This document shows, in pieces, positions 1 to 10,218 of a stretch of DNA of 64,000 nucleotides. Numbering within the stretch: position 1 is the first letter of the stretch; the number at the start of each line of letters is the position of its first letter. The translations under genes and the position numbers were made by a program. The stretch spans positions 13,517-77,516 of the forward strand of contig JANNIY010000058.1 in the NCBI GenBank assembly GCA_031405455.1. The letters are read 5' to 3'. Below the pieces are notes generated by a model that saw only the letters and a program-made list of their open reading frames with translations, had not been told where the DNA came from and made no database searches. Source of the stretch: Deltaproteobacteria bacterium. Its GTDB lineage: Bacteria > Myxococcota_A > UBA9160 > SMWR01.

Positions 1-419
1 CGGCGATGACGCTCTCGACGCGCGTCATGCACGTGCGCACGCTGCGCGGCGGCGACGCCGTCGGCTACGCCGCGCTCTGGCACGCGCGTCGTGCCACGCG
101 CATTGCCACGCTGGCGCTCGGCTACGCGGACGGCCTGCCGATCGCGGCCTCGAACCGCGGGCACGTCTGGCTGCGTGGCCGGCGGCTCCCGCTCGTCGGC
201 CGCGTCTCGATGGATTTCGTGGGCGTCGACGTCGGCGATGCGCCGGTCGAGATCGGGGATGAGGCGATCGTCTTCGGCGTCACGTCTGGCGCTGCGTTGC
301 CCGTGGAAGACCTCGCAAGCGCCGCGCAGACGCTCCCCTACGAGCTGCTCGTTCGCCTCAGCGCGCGCGTGCCGCGGGTGATCGAAGATGCGTTTGACGC
401 GGCAGCGCCTGCTCGGTAA
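1..419 (+). CDS. alr: alanine racemase, C-terminal fragment (5' end lies outside the window)
   Basis: The frame is open to the window edge. GYADGLPIAASNRGHVWLRGRRLPLVGRVSMDFVGVDVG and the following segment match the conserved C-terminal domain of PLP-dependent alanine racemases. Confidence 0.85.
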   Translation, partial: AMTLSTRVMHVRTLRGGDAVGYAALWHARRATRIATLALGYADGLPIAASNRGHVWLRGRRLPLVGRVSMDFVGVDVGDAPVEIGDEAIVFGVTSGAALPVEDLASAAQTLPYELLVRLSARVPRVIEDAFDAAAPAR

Positions 420-478
420 ACCTGCCGCCAACCATTCCTGCTTCCGGCTCGCCCAGGTGAGTGAGGAGAGAAGGCCCG

Positions 479-2050
479 ATGCCCCCCGGCCCCTCGCAGC
501 GTCCCCAACAGCGCGCGCTGCTGTCGGTTTCCGACAAGACGGGCCTCGTCGAGTTCGCGCGCGGGCTCAGCGAGCTCGGGTTCGAGCTCGTCGCCTCGGG
601 CGGCACCGCCGAGGCGCTGCGTGCGGCGGGTCTCGCCGTCGTGGACGTCGCGCAGCTCACCGGGAGCCCCGAGATGCTGGGCGGCCGCGTGAAGACGTTG
701 CACCCGCGCGTGCACGGCGGGCTGCTCGCGCGGCGCGACCACGCGGGCGACCAGCGCGACATCGCAGCCCACGGCATCGCGACGTTCGATCTGGTCGCCG
801 TGAATCTCTATCCCTTCGAGGCGACGGTTGCGCGGCCCGGCGTGAGCTTTGCCGACGCGATCGAGCAGATCGACATCGGCGGGCCGTCGATGATTCGCTC
901 CGCCGCCAAGAACCAGGCTTGGGTCGGTGTGGTGGTCGATCCGAGCGATTATTCCGCGGTGCTCTCGGAGCTGCGCGGCCCGCAGCGGGCGCTCTGCGAC
1001 GCGACACGGCGGGCACTCGCGCGCAAGGCCTTCGCCCGCACGGCGGCCTACGACGCCGCAATCCACGCCCACCTCGTGGCGCAGGCGGACGCGGAGCCCG
1101 ATGCGTTGCCCCCGCGGTTGACGCTGAACCTCGAGCGCAGCCAGACGCTGCGTTACGGCGAGAATCCGCACCAGCGCGCTGCGCTCTACGGCCGCTTCCT
1201 CGCGATCGCGGAGCCTTTGCACGGCAAGGAGCTCTCCTACAACAACCTGATCGACGTGCAGGCGGCGCTGGCTTTGATTCTCGATTTTCCGCCCGAGGAG
1301 AGCGCCACGGTCGCGATCCTCAAGCACAATACGCCCTGTGGTGTCGGGCAGGCGGAAACGCCGCTCGCGGCGTGGCAGCGCGCCTACGCGACGGATCCCG
1401 AATCGCCGTTCGGCGGCATCGTCGTCTCGAATCGCCCGTTCGATCTGGCGCTGGCGCGCGCGGTGGACGAGATCTTCACCGAGGTGTTGCTCGCGCCGGA
1501 TTTCGAGCCCGACGCCCTCGAGTGGCTCAAGCGCAAGAAGCAGCGGCGCCTGCTGCGCGTGCACCCCGAGCGCATCGACCGCAGCGAGCCCGAATGGCGC
1601 AGCGTCTTCGGCGGCGTGCTCGCGCAGGAGCCGGATGTCGCGGGCGAGGACGTCGCCGCCTCGCCGGTGGTGACGGCGCGCAAGCCCTCCGAGGAGGAGC
1701 TGCGCGCACTGCGCTTCGCCTGGCGCGTGGTGAAACACGTCAAGAGCAATGCGGTGGTCTTCGCGGCTGCGGACCGCACGCTCGCGCTCGGGGGCGGGGC
1801 CACGTCGCGAGTCGACGCCATCCATGCCGCGTGCGCCAAGGCGGCGCGGGTCGGTATCTCGCTCGCGGGCTCGGTGCTCGCGAGCGATGCGTTCTTCCCG
1901 TTTCCGGATGGCCTCGAAGCGGCGCTTTCGGCGGGTGCGGTCGCGGTCGTGCAACCGGGCGGCTCGGTGCGCGACGCGGAGGTGATCGCCGCGGCGGATC
2001 GTCTCGGCGCGGCGATGATCCTCACGGGCGTGCGGCACTTCCGCCACTGA
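479..2050 (+). CDS. purH: bifunctional AICAR formyltransferase / IMP cyclohydrolase
   Basis: RALLSVSDKTGLVEFARGL, GGTAEAL and GGRVKTLHPRVHGGLLARR are the MGS-like IMPCH domain hallmarks, followed by a full AICARFT domain. ATG at 479 is preceded by GAGGAGAGAAGG; the track ORF begins at an upstream GTG at 461. Confidence 0.95.
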   Translation: MPPGPSQRPQQRALLSVSDKTGLVEFARGLSELGFELVASGGTAEALRAAGLAVVDVAQLTGSPEMLGGRVKTLHPRVHGGLLARRDHAGDQRDIAAHGIATFDLVAVNLYPFEATVARPGVSFADAIEQIDIGGPSMIRSAAKNQAWVGVVVDPSDYSAVLSELRGPQRALCDATRRALARKAFARTAAYDAAIHAHLVAQADAEPDALPPRLTLNLERSQTLRYGENPHQRAALYGRFLAIAEPLHGKELSYNNLIDVQAALALILDFPPEESATVAILKHNTPCGVGQAETPLAAWQRAYATDPESPFGGIVVSNRPFDLALARAVDEIFTEVLLAPDFEPDALEWLKRKKQRRLLRVHPERIDRSEPEWRSVFGGVLAQEPDVAGEDVAASPVVTARKPSEEELRALRFAWRVVKHVKSNAVVFAAADRTLALGGGATSRVDAIHAACAKAARVGISLAGSVLASDAFFPFPDGLEAALSAGAVAVVQPGGSVRDAEVIAAADRLGAAMILTGVRHFRH

Positions 2051-2123
2051 GGCGAGGCCGCGGAGCGGCCGCGCGTCGAGGCGGAGCCGCGCGGAGCCAG
2101 GCGAATTTCCGGCGGGGGGGGCG

Positions 2124-3404
2124 ATGCGGGTCTTGGTCGTCGGGTCCGGTGGCAGGGAGCACGCGCTCGCGTGGAAGATTGCGCGCAGCCCGCGGGTCTC
2201 GCACGTGCTGGCGGCGCCCGGCAGCGATGCCATCGCCGGAATCGCCCGCTGCTTCGCCGCGGTGCGCTCCGACGACGGCGCTGCGCTGGTTTCGCTGTGT
2301 CGCGCCGAAGCCGCCGATCTCGTCGTGATCGGGCCCGAGGCGGCGCTCGCCGCCGGCGTCTCGGATCGCCTGCGCGATGCGGGCTTCCCGGTGTTCGGTC
2401 CCTCGGCCGCAGCGGCCCGCCTGGAATCGAGCAAGGCGTTTGCGAAGAACTTCATGGCCCGTCACCGCATCCCGACCGCGGGCTTCGAAGTCTTCGAGGA
2501 TCTCACCGCCGCGCAGCGGCATGTGCGGGAGCTGGCGGGGCCGTGCGTGGTCAAGGCCGATGGTCTCGCGGCGGGGAAGGGGGTCGCCGTGTGCGACGGT
2601 CCCGAGCCGGCCCTCGCAGCGCTCGACGAGATGATGGCGGCGCGGCGCTTCGGCGCGGCGGGCGCGCGTGTCGTGATCGAAGAGCGGCTGGTGGGCGAGG
2701 AGGTTTCCTTCTACGCCATCACCGACGGCACGACGATCACGACCCTGGCCGCCGCCCAGGACCACAAACGCGCGCTCGACGGCGATCGTGGCGAGAACAC
2801 CGGCGGCATGGGCGCCTGCTCGCCGCCGGCCGGATTCCCGGCCTCCGTCGAGAAACGCGCACTCGAGGAAATCGTCCATCCGACCGTGCGCGGCATGGCG
2901 GCGGATGGCTGCGCGTTTTCGGGCGTGCTCTACGTCGGGTTGATGATCGATGCGGCCGGTGCGCCGCGCGTCGTCGAGTACAACGCGCGCTTCGGCGATC
3001 CGGAGACGCAGCCGCTGGTGATGCGCATGCAGGGTGATCTCGTTCCGCTTCTCGAGGGCGCCGCGCATGGACGCCTGGGCAGTGCCCCTGCGCTGGACTG
3101 GGGCGACGCGGCGGTGTGTGTGGTGCTCGCCTCCGGCGGCTACCCGCGCGATTTCGCGAGCGGGCGCCCGATCGAGGGCATCGAGGCGGCGGAGCGCGAT
3201 CCGCAGGTGGTCGTGTTTCATTCGGGGACGCGGCGGGACGCTGAAGGGCGTTTCGTCAGCGCCGGCGGCCGCGTGCTCGGCGTGACGGCGCGCGCCGCCA
3301 CGCTGCGCGAGGCGCGCGAGCGCGCCTACGCCGCAGCGGATCGGATCCGCTTCGATGGCATGCAGCTCCGGCGCGACATCGCGCTGCGCGCGGCCGCGTC
3401 GTGA
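2124..3404 (+). CDS. purD: phosphoribosylamine--glycine ligase
   Basis: MRVLVVGSGGREHALAWKIARSP N-terminus and an ATP-grasp core (VVKADGLAAGKGV). It lies adjacent to purH. Confidence 0.95.
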   Translation: MRVLVVGSGGREHALAWKIARSPRVSHVLAAPGSDAIAGIARCFAAVRSDDGAALVSLCRAEAADLVVIGPEAALAAGVSDRLRDAGFPVFGPSAAAARLESSKAFAKNFMARHRIPTAGFEVFEDLTAAQRHVRELAGPCVVKADGLAAGKGVAVCDGPEPALAALDEMMAARRFGAAGARVVIEERLVGEEVSFYAITDGTTITTLAAAQDHKRALDGDRGENTGGMGACSPPAGFPASVEKRALEEIVHPTVRGMAADGCAFSGVLYVGLMIDAAGAPRVVEYNARFGDPETQPLVMRMQGDLVPLLEGAAHGRLGSAPALDWGDAAVCVVLASGGYPRDFASGRPIEGIEAAERDPQVVVFHSGTRRDAEGRFVSAGGRVLGVTARAATLREARERAYAAADRIRFDGMQLRRDIALRAAAS

Positions 3405-4039
3405 TCCCCGACCCGCTCGGAGACGCCGTGCGCTGGCTGCGCACGGGCGGCCTGATCGCCTATCCGACGGAAACCGTCTGGGGGCTCGCGGCGGACGCCA
3501 CTTCGGAAGCTGCGCTTTCGCGCCTGCTGCGCTGGAAGGGGCGCGATGCGGCGGATCCGATCGCGATCCTGGTGGAGAATGCCGCGGATCTGGCGTTGCT
3601 GGGCTTCGATCTCGGTCGCGCAGCCAGGCGGCTCGCCTCGCTATTCTGGCCCGGGCCGCTCACGCTGGTGCTTCCCTGCCGCGGAAAATTTGCGCACGGC
3701 ATCGCGCGTGCGGATGGCGCGGTCGGCGTGCGCTGCTCGTCACACCCGCTCGCCGCGGCGCTCGCGCGCCGCCTGCGCACCGATCGGGTCGGGCCGATCA
3801 CGGCCACCAGCCTCAACCGCAGCGGCGCAGCGTCGGCACGCACCCGCGCCGATGCCGCGTTGCTGTGCGGCTTCGAGCCCGATCAGCCGCGTCTGCTCGA
3901 TGTGTCGGGCACGGAGGCCGGCGGCGATGGCGCGAGCACCGTCGTCGACCTCGCCGCCGCGCGACCCGTCGTGCTGCGCTGGGGAGCGGTGACGGCGGAT
4001 GCGCTCGAACCCGTGCTCGCCGAGTTCGCCAGCGCATGA
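3401..4039 (+). CDS. tsaC: L-threonylcarbamoyladenylate synthase (YrdC/Sua5 family)
   Basis: PTETVWGLAADATSEAA, WKGRDAADPIAILV and WPGPLTLVLP are YrdC-domain motifs. GTGA start/stop overlap with purD. Confidence 0.82.
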   Translation: MIPDPLGDAVRWLRTGGLIAYPTETVWGLAADATSEAALSRLLRWKGRDAADPIAILVENAADLALLGFDLGRAARRLASLFWPGPLTLVLPCRGKFAHGIARADGAVGVRCSSHPLAAALARRLRTDRVGPITATSLNRSGAASARTRADAALLCGFEPDQPRLLDVSGTEAGGDGASTVVDLAAARPVVLRWGAVTADALEPVLAEFASA

Positions 4040-5322
4040 CACGCATCCGACCCTTTCAGGCCCTGCGCTACGACACCGCGAAGGTGTCGCTCGGCAACGT
4101 GATCGTGCCGCCCTACGACGTCATCGCGGCCGCGGATCGCGAGGGCTTCTACGCGCGCGACCCGCACAACGCGATCCGTCTCGAACTCACGCGCCGCGTC
4201 GAGGACGAGGCGCAGGCGGACTACGCCGACGTGCGTAGGACCCTCGAGGCGTGGACGCGCTCGGGCGTGCTCGTGCGCGACCCGCGCCCGGCGTTCTATG
4301 CGCTGCGCCAGTCGTTCACCGGGCCGGACGGCAAGGCCCACGTGCGCGACGGCTTCTTCGGCCTGCTCCATCTCGAAGACTACGCCCGCCGCGGCGTGCG
4401 TCCCCACGAGCGCACGCTGGCCGGGCCGAAGGCCGACCGTTTGAAGATGCTGCGCGCGACGCGTGCGAATCTTTCGATCGTGTTCCTGCTCCACGAGGAT
4501 CGCGAGGAGGAGCTGCTGCGGCGCCTGGCTCCGGCCCTGGCCGCCGAGCCCCTGGCTTCGGCGCGCGACGAGGCGGGCGCGACGCACCGGCTGGCGCGCA
4601 TCGACGATCCCGCCCAGATCGAATCCCTGCGCGCCTTCTTCGAGCCGCGGCCGCTGGTGATTGCCGACGGCCACCACCGCTACGAGACGGCGCTCGCCTA
4701 CCGCGACGAGCAGCGCGCCGCCCATCCCGACGCCGGCGAGGATGCGCCCTGGGAGTGGATTCTCGCCTACTTCGCGAACGCCTTTGCCCCCGGGAGTCTG
4801 CTGCTTCCGATCCATCGCCTGATTCTGCGCGGCGCTCCGCCGAGCGATCGCGAATGGTCCGAGCGGCTGCCGGGCTGGCGCTGTGAAAACGTTGCGCTGC
4901 GCAGCGCGGAGGAGCTGCCGGCGCTGCTCGCGTCGCAGCTCGCGCCGCTGCGGGATCAGCACGCATTTGCGGCGGACGACGCGAGCGGGCGGCTGCGCGT
5001 GTTTTCGAAACCGCACGCTGCCGGTGAATCCGTCGGTGACCTGTCGGTGCGGGTGATCCATCGCGAGGTGATCGAGGGCGTGTTCGGACTCGACGAGGGC
5101 GCGGTGCGCGGGGGCGCCATCGATTATCCGAAGTCGGCTCTCCAGACGGCGCTCGATTTGCGCGCCGGACGCGGATCCGTCGCCCTCTACCTGAACCCGC
5201 TGGTGCCCGAGGATGTCTTCCGGGTGACGGCAGCGGGCGAAGTGCTGCCCCAGAAGTCGACCTTCTTCTACCCCAAGCTACCGACGGGGCTGGTGTTCCG
5301 CGTCTTCGAGGAGGACGCGTGA
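4036..5322 (+). CDS. DUF1015 domain-containing protein
   Basis: MTRIRPFQALRYD and VIVPPYDVI N-terminus plus ADGHHRYETALAYR are characteristic of DUF1015. ATGA overlap with tsaC. The upstream part of track ORF 3355..5322 is an out-of-frame shadow of tsaC. Confidence 0.85.
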   Translation: MTRIRPFQALRYDTAKVSLGNVIVPPYDVIAAADREGFYARDPHNAIRLELTRRVEDEAQADYADVRRTLEAWTRSGVLVRDPRPAFYALRQSFTGPDGKAHVRDGFFGLLHLEDYARRGVRPHERTLAGPKADRLKMLRATRANLSIVFLLHEDREEELLRRLAPALAAEPLASARDEAGATHRLARIDDPAQIESLRAFFEPRPLVIADGHHRYETALAYRDEQRAAHPDAGEDAPWEWILAYFANAFAPGSLLLPIHRLILRGAPPSDREWSERLPGWRCENVALRSAEELPALLASQLAPLRDQHAFAADDASGRLRVFSKPHAAGESVGDLSVRVIHREVIEGVFGLDEGAVRGGAIDYPKSALQTALDLRAGRGSVALYLNPLVPEDVFRVTAAGEVLPQKSTFFYPKLPTGLVFRVFEEDA

Positions 5323-5624
5323 AGCGGGTGGTGCGACGCGCGCCGGAAGCCATCAGCAGCCTGCTGCCGTCGGTGTTGCGCGAGCTCGGCTTCGACGAGA
5401 TGGCGCGCGTGCTGCGCATTGCGGAGCGTTGGGAGGAGGCGCTGGGGCCGGAACTGGCGCCCCACTGCCATCCCGAGTCGCTGCGCGGCGACGTGCTCGA
5501 AGCGAGCGTCGCGTCGAGCGTGTGGTGCCAGCAACTCCAGCTGCGCGCACCCGAGATCCTGGCTGGCCTGCGCCGCGTGCACGGCGACGACGCCCCCTCG
5601 AAGCTCCGGCTGCGGGTGGGCTAG
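5319..5624 (+). CDS. DUF721 domain-containing protein (DciA-like)
   Basis: 101 aa. The pattern LLPSVLRELGFDE, W.EALGPELA.H and LEASVASSVWCQQLQL fits the DUF721 family. GTGA overlap with the preceding gene. Confidence 0.65.
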   Translation: MKRVVRRAPEAISSLLPSVLRELGFDEMARVLRIAERWEEALGPELAPHCHPESLRGDVLEASVASSVWCQQLQLRAPEILAGLRRVHGDDAPSKLRLRVG

Positions 5625-5634
5625 GCTCGCCCAT

Positions 5635-5883
5635 ATGGCGGGTACCCGCGGAAAAGATCAGGCCCCCCGCGCCCCCGAGGCCCCGGTTTCCCATCCGGAA
5701 GAGGGGGGCGATCCCGGCGCGCCCTTGCTGTGCGATTTCTGCGGCGAGCCGGCGCCCGTCGTGCGGCGGGTTGCGCTCGATCGTGGTTATGAGCGCCTAC
5801 AGACCCTGCATTCCGTGCGCTACGCCTGCTCCCGTTGCTCGGAAGAGAAGGAGCAGCGCCGGCTGGGTCTGCTGCGCGGTTGA
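5635..5883 (+). CDS. hypothetical small protein with CxxC...CxxC (zinc-ribbon-like)
   Basis: 82-aa ORF from ATG 5635, internal to track ORF 5419..5883. It has two Cys pairs (CDFC and CSRC) and mostly G/C at the third codon position. No family recognised. Confidence 0.4.
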   Translation: MAGTRGKDQAPRAPEAPVSHPEEGGDPGAPLLCDFCGEPAPVVRRVALDRGYERLQTLHSVRYACSRCSEEKEQRRLGLLRG

Positions 5884-6026
5884 CCCTCCCAGAGGGGTCG
5901 CCTAGCTTTCCCCGCCACGTTTTCCTCCGGTCGCCGCCTTCAGCGGTCGTACCGGCGACTCCCGACGAAAAAGGCGCCGATGGACGGGCGCCAGCGCGAC
6001 GGGAGCATTGGAGGTTTCCGCGAGAC

Positions 6027-6293
6027 ATGGTCAAGATCCGACTCTCGCGCACGGGCGGCAAGAACAGCCCCTATTACCGCATCATCGCGATCGATGAGCG
6101 CAAGAAGACCAACGGGCGATCGCTCGAGCAGCTCGGCACTTACGACCCGCGCACGGCTCCCGAAAAGCTCGTGATCAAGACCGAGCGTGTCGCGGCCTGG
6201 CAGGCGCGCGGCGCCCAGCTTTCGCCCAGCGTGAAGTCGCTGATGCGCCGGGCGCGGCGACGCGCGCCCGCGGCCGTGGCCGGGGCGCGCTAG
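6027..6293 (+). CDS. rpsP: 30S ribosomal protein S16
   Basis: MVKIRLSRTGGKNSPYYRIIAIDERKKTNGRSLEQLGTYDP is canonical S16. ATG at 6027 lies inside track ORF 5835..6293. Confidence 0.95.
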   Translation: MVKIRLSRTGGKNSPYYRIIAIDERKKTNGRSLEQLGTYDPRTAPEKLVIKTERVAAWQARGAQLSPSVKSLMRRARRRAPAAVAGAR

Positions 6294-6530
6294 ATGGCCG
6301 CGAAGGGCTCACCGGTCGATCTCGTCGAGTTCATGGTGAAGGGAATGGTTTCGACTCCCGACGCCGTGCGGGTGAACGAGCTCGAAGGCGGCAAGCTGCT
6401 CGAGCTCGAAACCGCGCCTGCCGATCGCGGGCGGGTGATCGGTCGCCAGGGACGCATGGCGAAGGCGATGCGCGCCGTGTTGGGAGCGTCGCGCCTTGGA
6501 GCGAACTGCCGCCTCGACATCGTCGATTGA
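6294..6530 (+). CDS. KH domain RNA-binding protein (YlqC family)
   Basis: 78 aa with DRGRVIGRQGRMAKAMRAVL, which contains the GxxG KH motif. It holds the conserved position between rpsP and rimM. Confidence 0.85.
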   Translation: MAAKGSPVDLVEFMVKGMVSTPDAVRVNELEGGKLLELETAPADRGRVIGRQGRMAKAMRAVLGASRLGANCRLDIVD

Positions 6531-7068
6531 ACCGCGCGCCGCGACCCCGCCCGCGCGTCTGATCGCGGGCTGGATCGCCGGCGCGCATGGCTTGCGCGGC
6601 AGCCTGCGCATCCATTGTGCCGAGGGAGGCGCCGAGGGGCTGCTCGCCGTCGAGCACCTGTTCCTGACGGTTCGCGGAGGGCCAGAGCAGCGCCACGAAG
6701 TGTTGGAGGCGCGTCCGGGCCGGCGCAGCGAGGTCTGCGTCTTTCTCGCCGGGATCGTGGATCGCGAAGCCGCCGATGCGTTGCGCGGCGCCGAAGTCTG
6801 GATCGAGTCGGCGCAGCTCGGATCGCTGCCGGCGGGCGAGTACTGGGTCTTTCAGCTGATCGGCTGCGAGGTCGAGGACGGGGCAGGGCAGAAGATCGGC
6901 CGGGTGCGGGAGATCCGGGGCACGGGCGCGCAGGATCTCCTCGTGGTGGACGCTGCGAACGGCGTGGAGCATCTGATCCCCGCCGTGCAGCAGTGGTGGC
7001 GCGAGGTCGATCTCGAGCGCCGTCGCATCGTGGTGGATCTGCCGCCGGGATTGCTCGATCCGGCGTGA
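6496..7068 (+). CDS. rimM: 16S rRNA processing protein RimM
   Basis: IAGAHGLRGSLRI (RimM N-domain) and a PRC-barrel C-terminus (EYWVFQLIGCEVED). Conserved rpsP-rimM-trmD order. The TTG start at 6496 is uncertain. Confidence 0.88.
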   Translation: MERTAASTSSIEPRAATPPARLIAGWIAGAHGLRGSLRIHCAEGGAEGLLAVEHLFLTVRGGPEQRHEVLEARPGRRSEVCVFLAGIVDREAADALRGAEVWIESAQLGSLPAGEYWVFQLIGCEVEDGAGQKIGRVREIRGTGAQDLLVVDAANGVEHLIPAVQQWWREVDLERRRIVVDLPPGLLDPA

Positions 7069-7125
7069 CGCTGGGCGCGGGGACGGACGGGCTGGGATCG
7101 AGCGGGACGGACCAGGGAGACGCGC

Positions 7126-7836
7126 GTGTTGCGCATCGACGTGATTTCGATTTTTCCGCGCCTCTTCGAGGGCTGGCTTTCGGGCTCGCTCGTGGGAGCC
7201 GCCTGCGCGCATGGCCTCGTCGATCTGCGGGTCCACGACCTGCGCGAACACACACACGATCGTCATCGCAGCGTCGATGACGCCCCTTACGGGGGCGGCC
7301 CCGGCATGGTGATGCGCCCCGAGCCGCTGGTGCAGGCGGTCGAGGCGGTCGCCGGCCCGAAGGGCGCCGGCCGCGGAGCGCACGTCGTCCTGCTCTCGCC
7401 GCAGGGGCGGCGGCTCGATCAGGCCCTGCTCGCGGAGCTCGCCGCAAAGCCGCATCTGGTGCTCGTCTGCGGCCGCTACGAGGGGGTCGATCAGCGGGCC
7501 GTCGAGCTCGCGATGGACGCCGAGATCTCGATCGGCGATTACGTGCTTTCGGGCGGCGAGGTGCCGGCCATGGTGGTCGCCGAGGGCGTCGTGCGGCTGG
7601 TTCCGGGGGCCCTCGGCAACGCCGAGTCGGTGCGTTCGGAATCGTTCCAGGCGGGACTTCTGGAAGGACCCCAGTACACTCGGCCGCCCGAATTCGGCGG
7701 CCTGGCCGTGCCCGAGGTGCTGCGATCCGGAGATCACGGGGCGGTGGCGCGTTGGCGCCACGAACAGGCGCGCGAGGCAACGCGGATCCGGCGTCCGGAT
7801 CTGCTCGCTTCAGCGTCGCGAGAGGAATCGTCATGA
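7126..7836 (+). CDS. trmD: tRNA (guanine37-N1)-methyltransferase
   Basis: [54 protein letters not shown] and GDYVLSGGE are TrmD hallmarks. GTG start follows AGGGAGA. Confidence 0.95.
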   Translation: MLRIDVISIFPRLFEGWLSGSLVGAACAHGLVDLRVHDLREHTHDRHRSVDDAPYGGGPGMVMRPEPLVQAVEAVAGPKGAGRGAHVVLLSPQGRRLDQALLAELAAKPHLVLVCGRYEGVDQRAVELAMDAEISIGDYVLSGGEVPAMVVAEGVVRLVPGALGNAESVRSESFQAGLLEGPQYTRPPEFGGLAVPEVLRSGDHGAVARWRHEQAREATRIRRPDLLASASREESS

Positions 7837-8288
7837 AGAGTTTCAATTTCTTGCAGCCGCAGCCCCTGCGTCGGGATCTGCCGCCCTTCCGTCCGGGTGA
7901 CACGGTGCGGATTCACGTGAAGATCCAGGAAGGCGAGAAGGAGCGGATCCAGATCTTCGAAGGCCTGGTGATCCGCCGCCGTGGCGGCGGTCCCGGGGCG
8001 ACCTTCACCGTGCGCAAGATCTCCTACGGCGTCGGCGTCGAGCGCGTTTTCCTGATCGAGTCGCCGGCTGTCGCGAAGGTCGAGATCAAGGGCCGGGGCC
8101 ACGTGCGCCGCGCGCGCCTCTACTATTTGCGCGACCTCGCCGGCAAGAAGGCGCGGCTGCGCTCGAAGATTCGCGATCTCGCGAGCCTGATGGGCGACAC
8201 GGGAGAGGCTCGGGATGCCGCGGCTGCAGCGGCGGCCGAGGCCGCCGCTGCGCCCGCCGATGCGGCTCCGAGTGGGAGCGACGCCTAG
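7833..8288 (+). CDS. rplS: 50S ribosomal protein L19
   Basis: [31 protein letters not shown] and [16 protein letters not shown] are canonical L19. ATGA overlap with trmD. It carries an Ala-rich C-terminal tail. Confidence 0.95.
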   Translation: MKSFNFLQPQPLRRDLPPFRPGDTVRIHVKIQEGEKERIQIFEGLVIRRRGGGPGATFTVRKISYGVGVERVFLIESPAVAKVEIKGRGHVRRARLYYLRDLAGKKARLRSKIRDLASLMGDTGEARDAAAAAAAEAAAAPADAAPSGSDA

Positions 8289-8353
8289 CGCGCGGTTCCC
8301 GACGCGCGGGCATCGCGCGTGCGTACTGCGCTGCGTTTCCGTCGCGCCGAGCC

Positions 8354-8722
8354 TCAGCCATTCGCGTCGAACGCGCCTTCCAGATGGCGCACGTGAAAGC
8401 CGTCGCCGCTCGCCTCGCAGCTGATCACGTCGAAGCGTATGCGGGTGGCCACTCCCGGATGCTCGCGGAGCCAGGCGGCCGCGCCGGCCACCAGACGCGC
8501 CTGCTTGCGCGCGTCGACCGCTTCCTCGGGAAGTCCGGCGCTTCGCGAGCGGCGCGTCTTCACCTCGACGAACAGGACGAGTCCGCCGCGCGCCGCGATC
8601 ACGTCGATCTCGACGCCTCCGCTGCGCAGGTTGCGCGCGAGAATGCGCAGGCCCCGGCGCTCCAGATGCGCTACGGCGCAGGCTTCGCCGGCCGCGCCGA
8701 GAGCAAGCCTCGATTGCTGCAT
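8354..8722 (-). CDS. yraN: YraN family (UPF0102) endonuclease-like protein
   Basis: GEACAVAHLERRGLRILARNLR, GEIDVIA and LVFVEVKTRRS match the UPF0102 signature. Start taken at the ATG (MQQSRL) at 8722. Confidence 0.8.
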   Translation of the reverse strand: MQQSRLALGAAGEACAVAHLERRGLRILARNLRSGGVEIDVIAARGGLVLFVEVKTRRSRSAGLPEEAVDARKQARLVAGAAAWLREHPGVATRIRFDVISCEASGDGFHVRHLEGAFDANG

Positions 8723-8766
8723 GGATGGCTCCGCGGGACCGCGGGGTGGTGCTACGGTAGCCGACC

Positions 8767-9656
<890 letters not shown>

Positions 9657-9660
<4 letters not shown>

Positions 9661-10202
9661 CGCGGGAACGCTCGGGTTTGCTGCGATCGCTGATTCGCAC
9701 GATTCCGGACCATCCGAAGCCCGGCATCCTGTTTCGCGACATCACGACGCTGCTGCTCGACGCGCGCGGCTTCCGGGAGGCGGTCGAGGGGCTGGTGCAG
9801 CCGTTTCGGGAGGTGCGCATCGACAAGGTCGCCGGCATCGAGGCGCGCGGCCTGATCCTCGGCGGCGCCGTCGCGCTCTCGCTACAGGCCGGTTTTGCTC
9901 CGATTCGCAAGCGCGGCAAGCTGCCCTGGCAGACGGTCGGCGAGGATTACGCGCTCGAATACGGCACTGATCGCATCGAGATGCACCGCGACGCCGTGGC
10001 GCCGGGTGAGCGCGTATTGTTGATCGACGATCTGGTGGCGACCGGCGGCACGGCCGAGGCGGCGATTCGCGTGATCGAGACGCTCGGCGGCGAGATCGTG
10101 GGCTGCGCCTGCATCATCGACCTCCCGGATCTCGGAGGCAGCCGCCGCATCGCCGCTCTCGGGTACCCGTTCGTATCGCTCGTCGAGTTCGCGGGCGAAT
10201 AG
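9657..10202 (+). CDS. apt: adenine phosphoribosyltransferase
   Basis: IRTIPDHPKPGILFRDITTLL, GIEARGLILGGA and the PRPP-binding loop VLLIDDLVATGGTAEA. ATGA overlap with mtnP. Confidence 0.93.
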
Positions 10203-10218
10203 CCGGAGGCGCTCGCCA

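Noticed and set aside
338-2455. A 705-aa minus-strand ORF, and similar very long ORFs elsewhere (6290..7903 -, 10114..11538 -, 17738..19387 -, 28053..29600 -, 42416..44917 -, 54516..56237 +).
   Set aside because: Their translations are Arg/Ala/Pro/Gly-rich and low in complexity. They lie antisense or out of frame to genes with unambiguous family motifs. These are the usual stop-codon-poor shadow frames of roughly 70% G+C DNA.
8170-8288. The Ala-rich C-terminal extension of ribosomal protein L19 ([23 protein letters not shown]).
   Set aside because: Low-complexity tails on ribosomal proteins are common in high-GC bacteria, and nothing indicates a separate feature.
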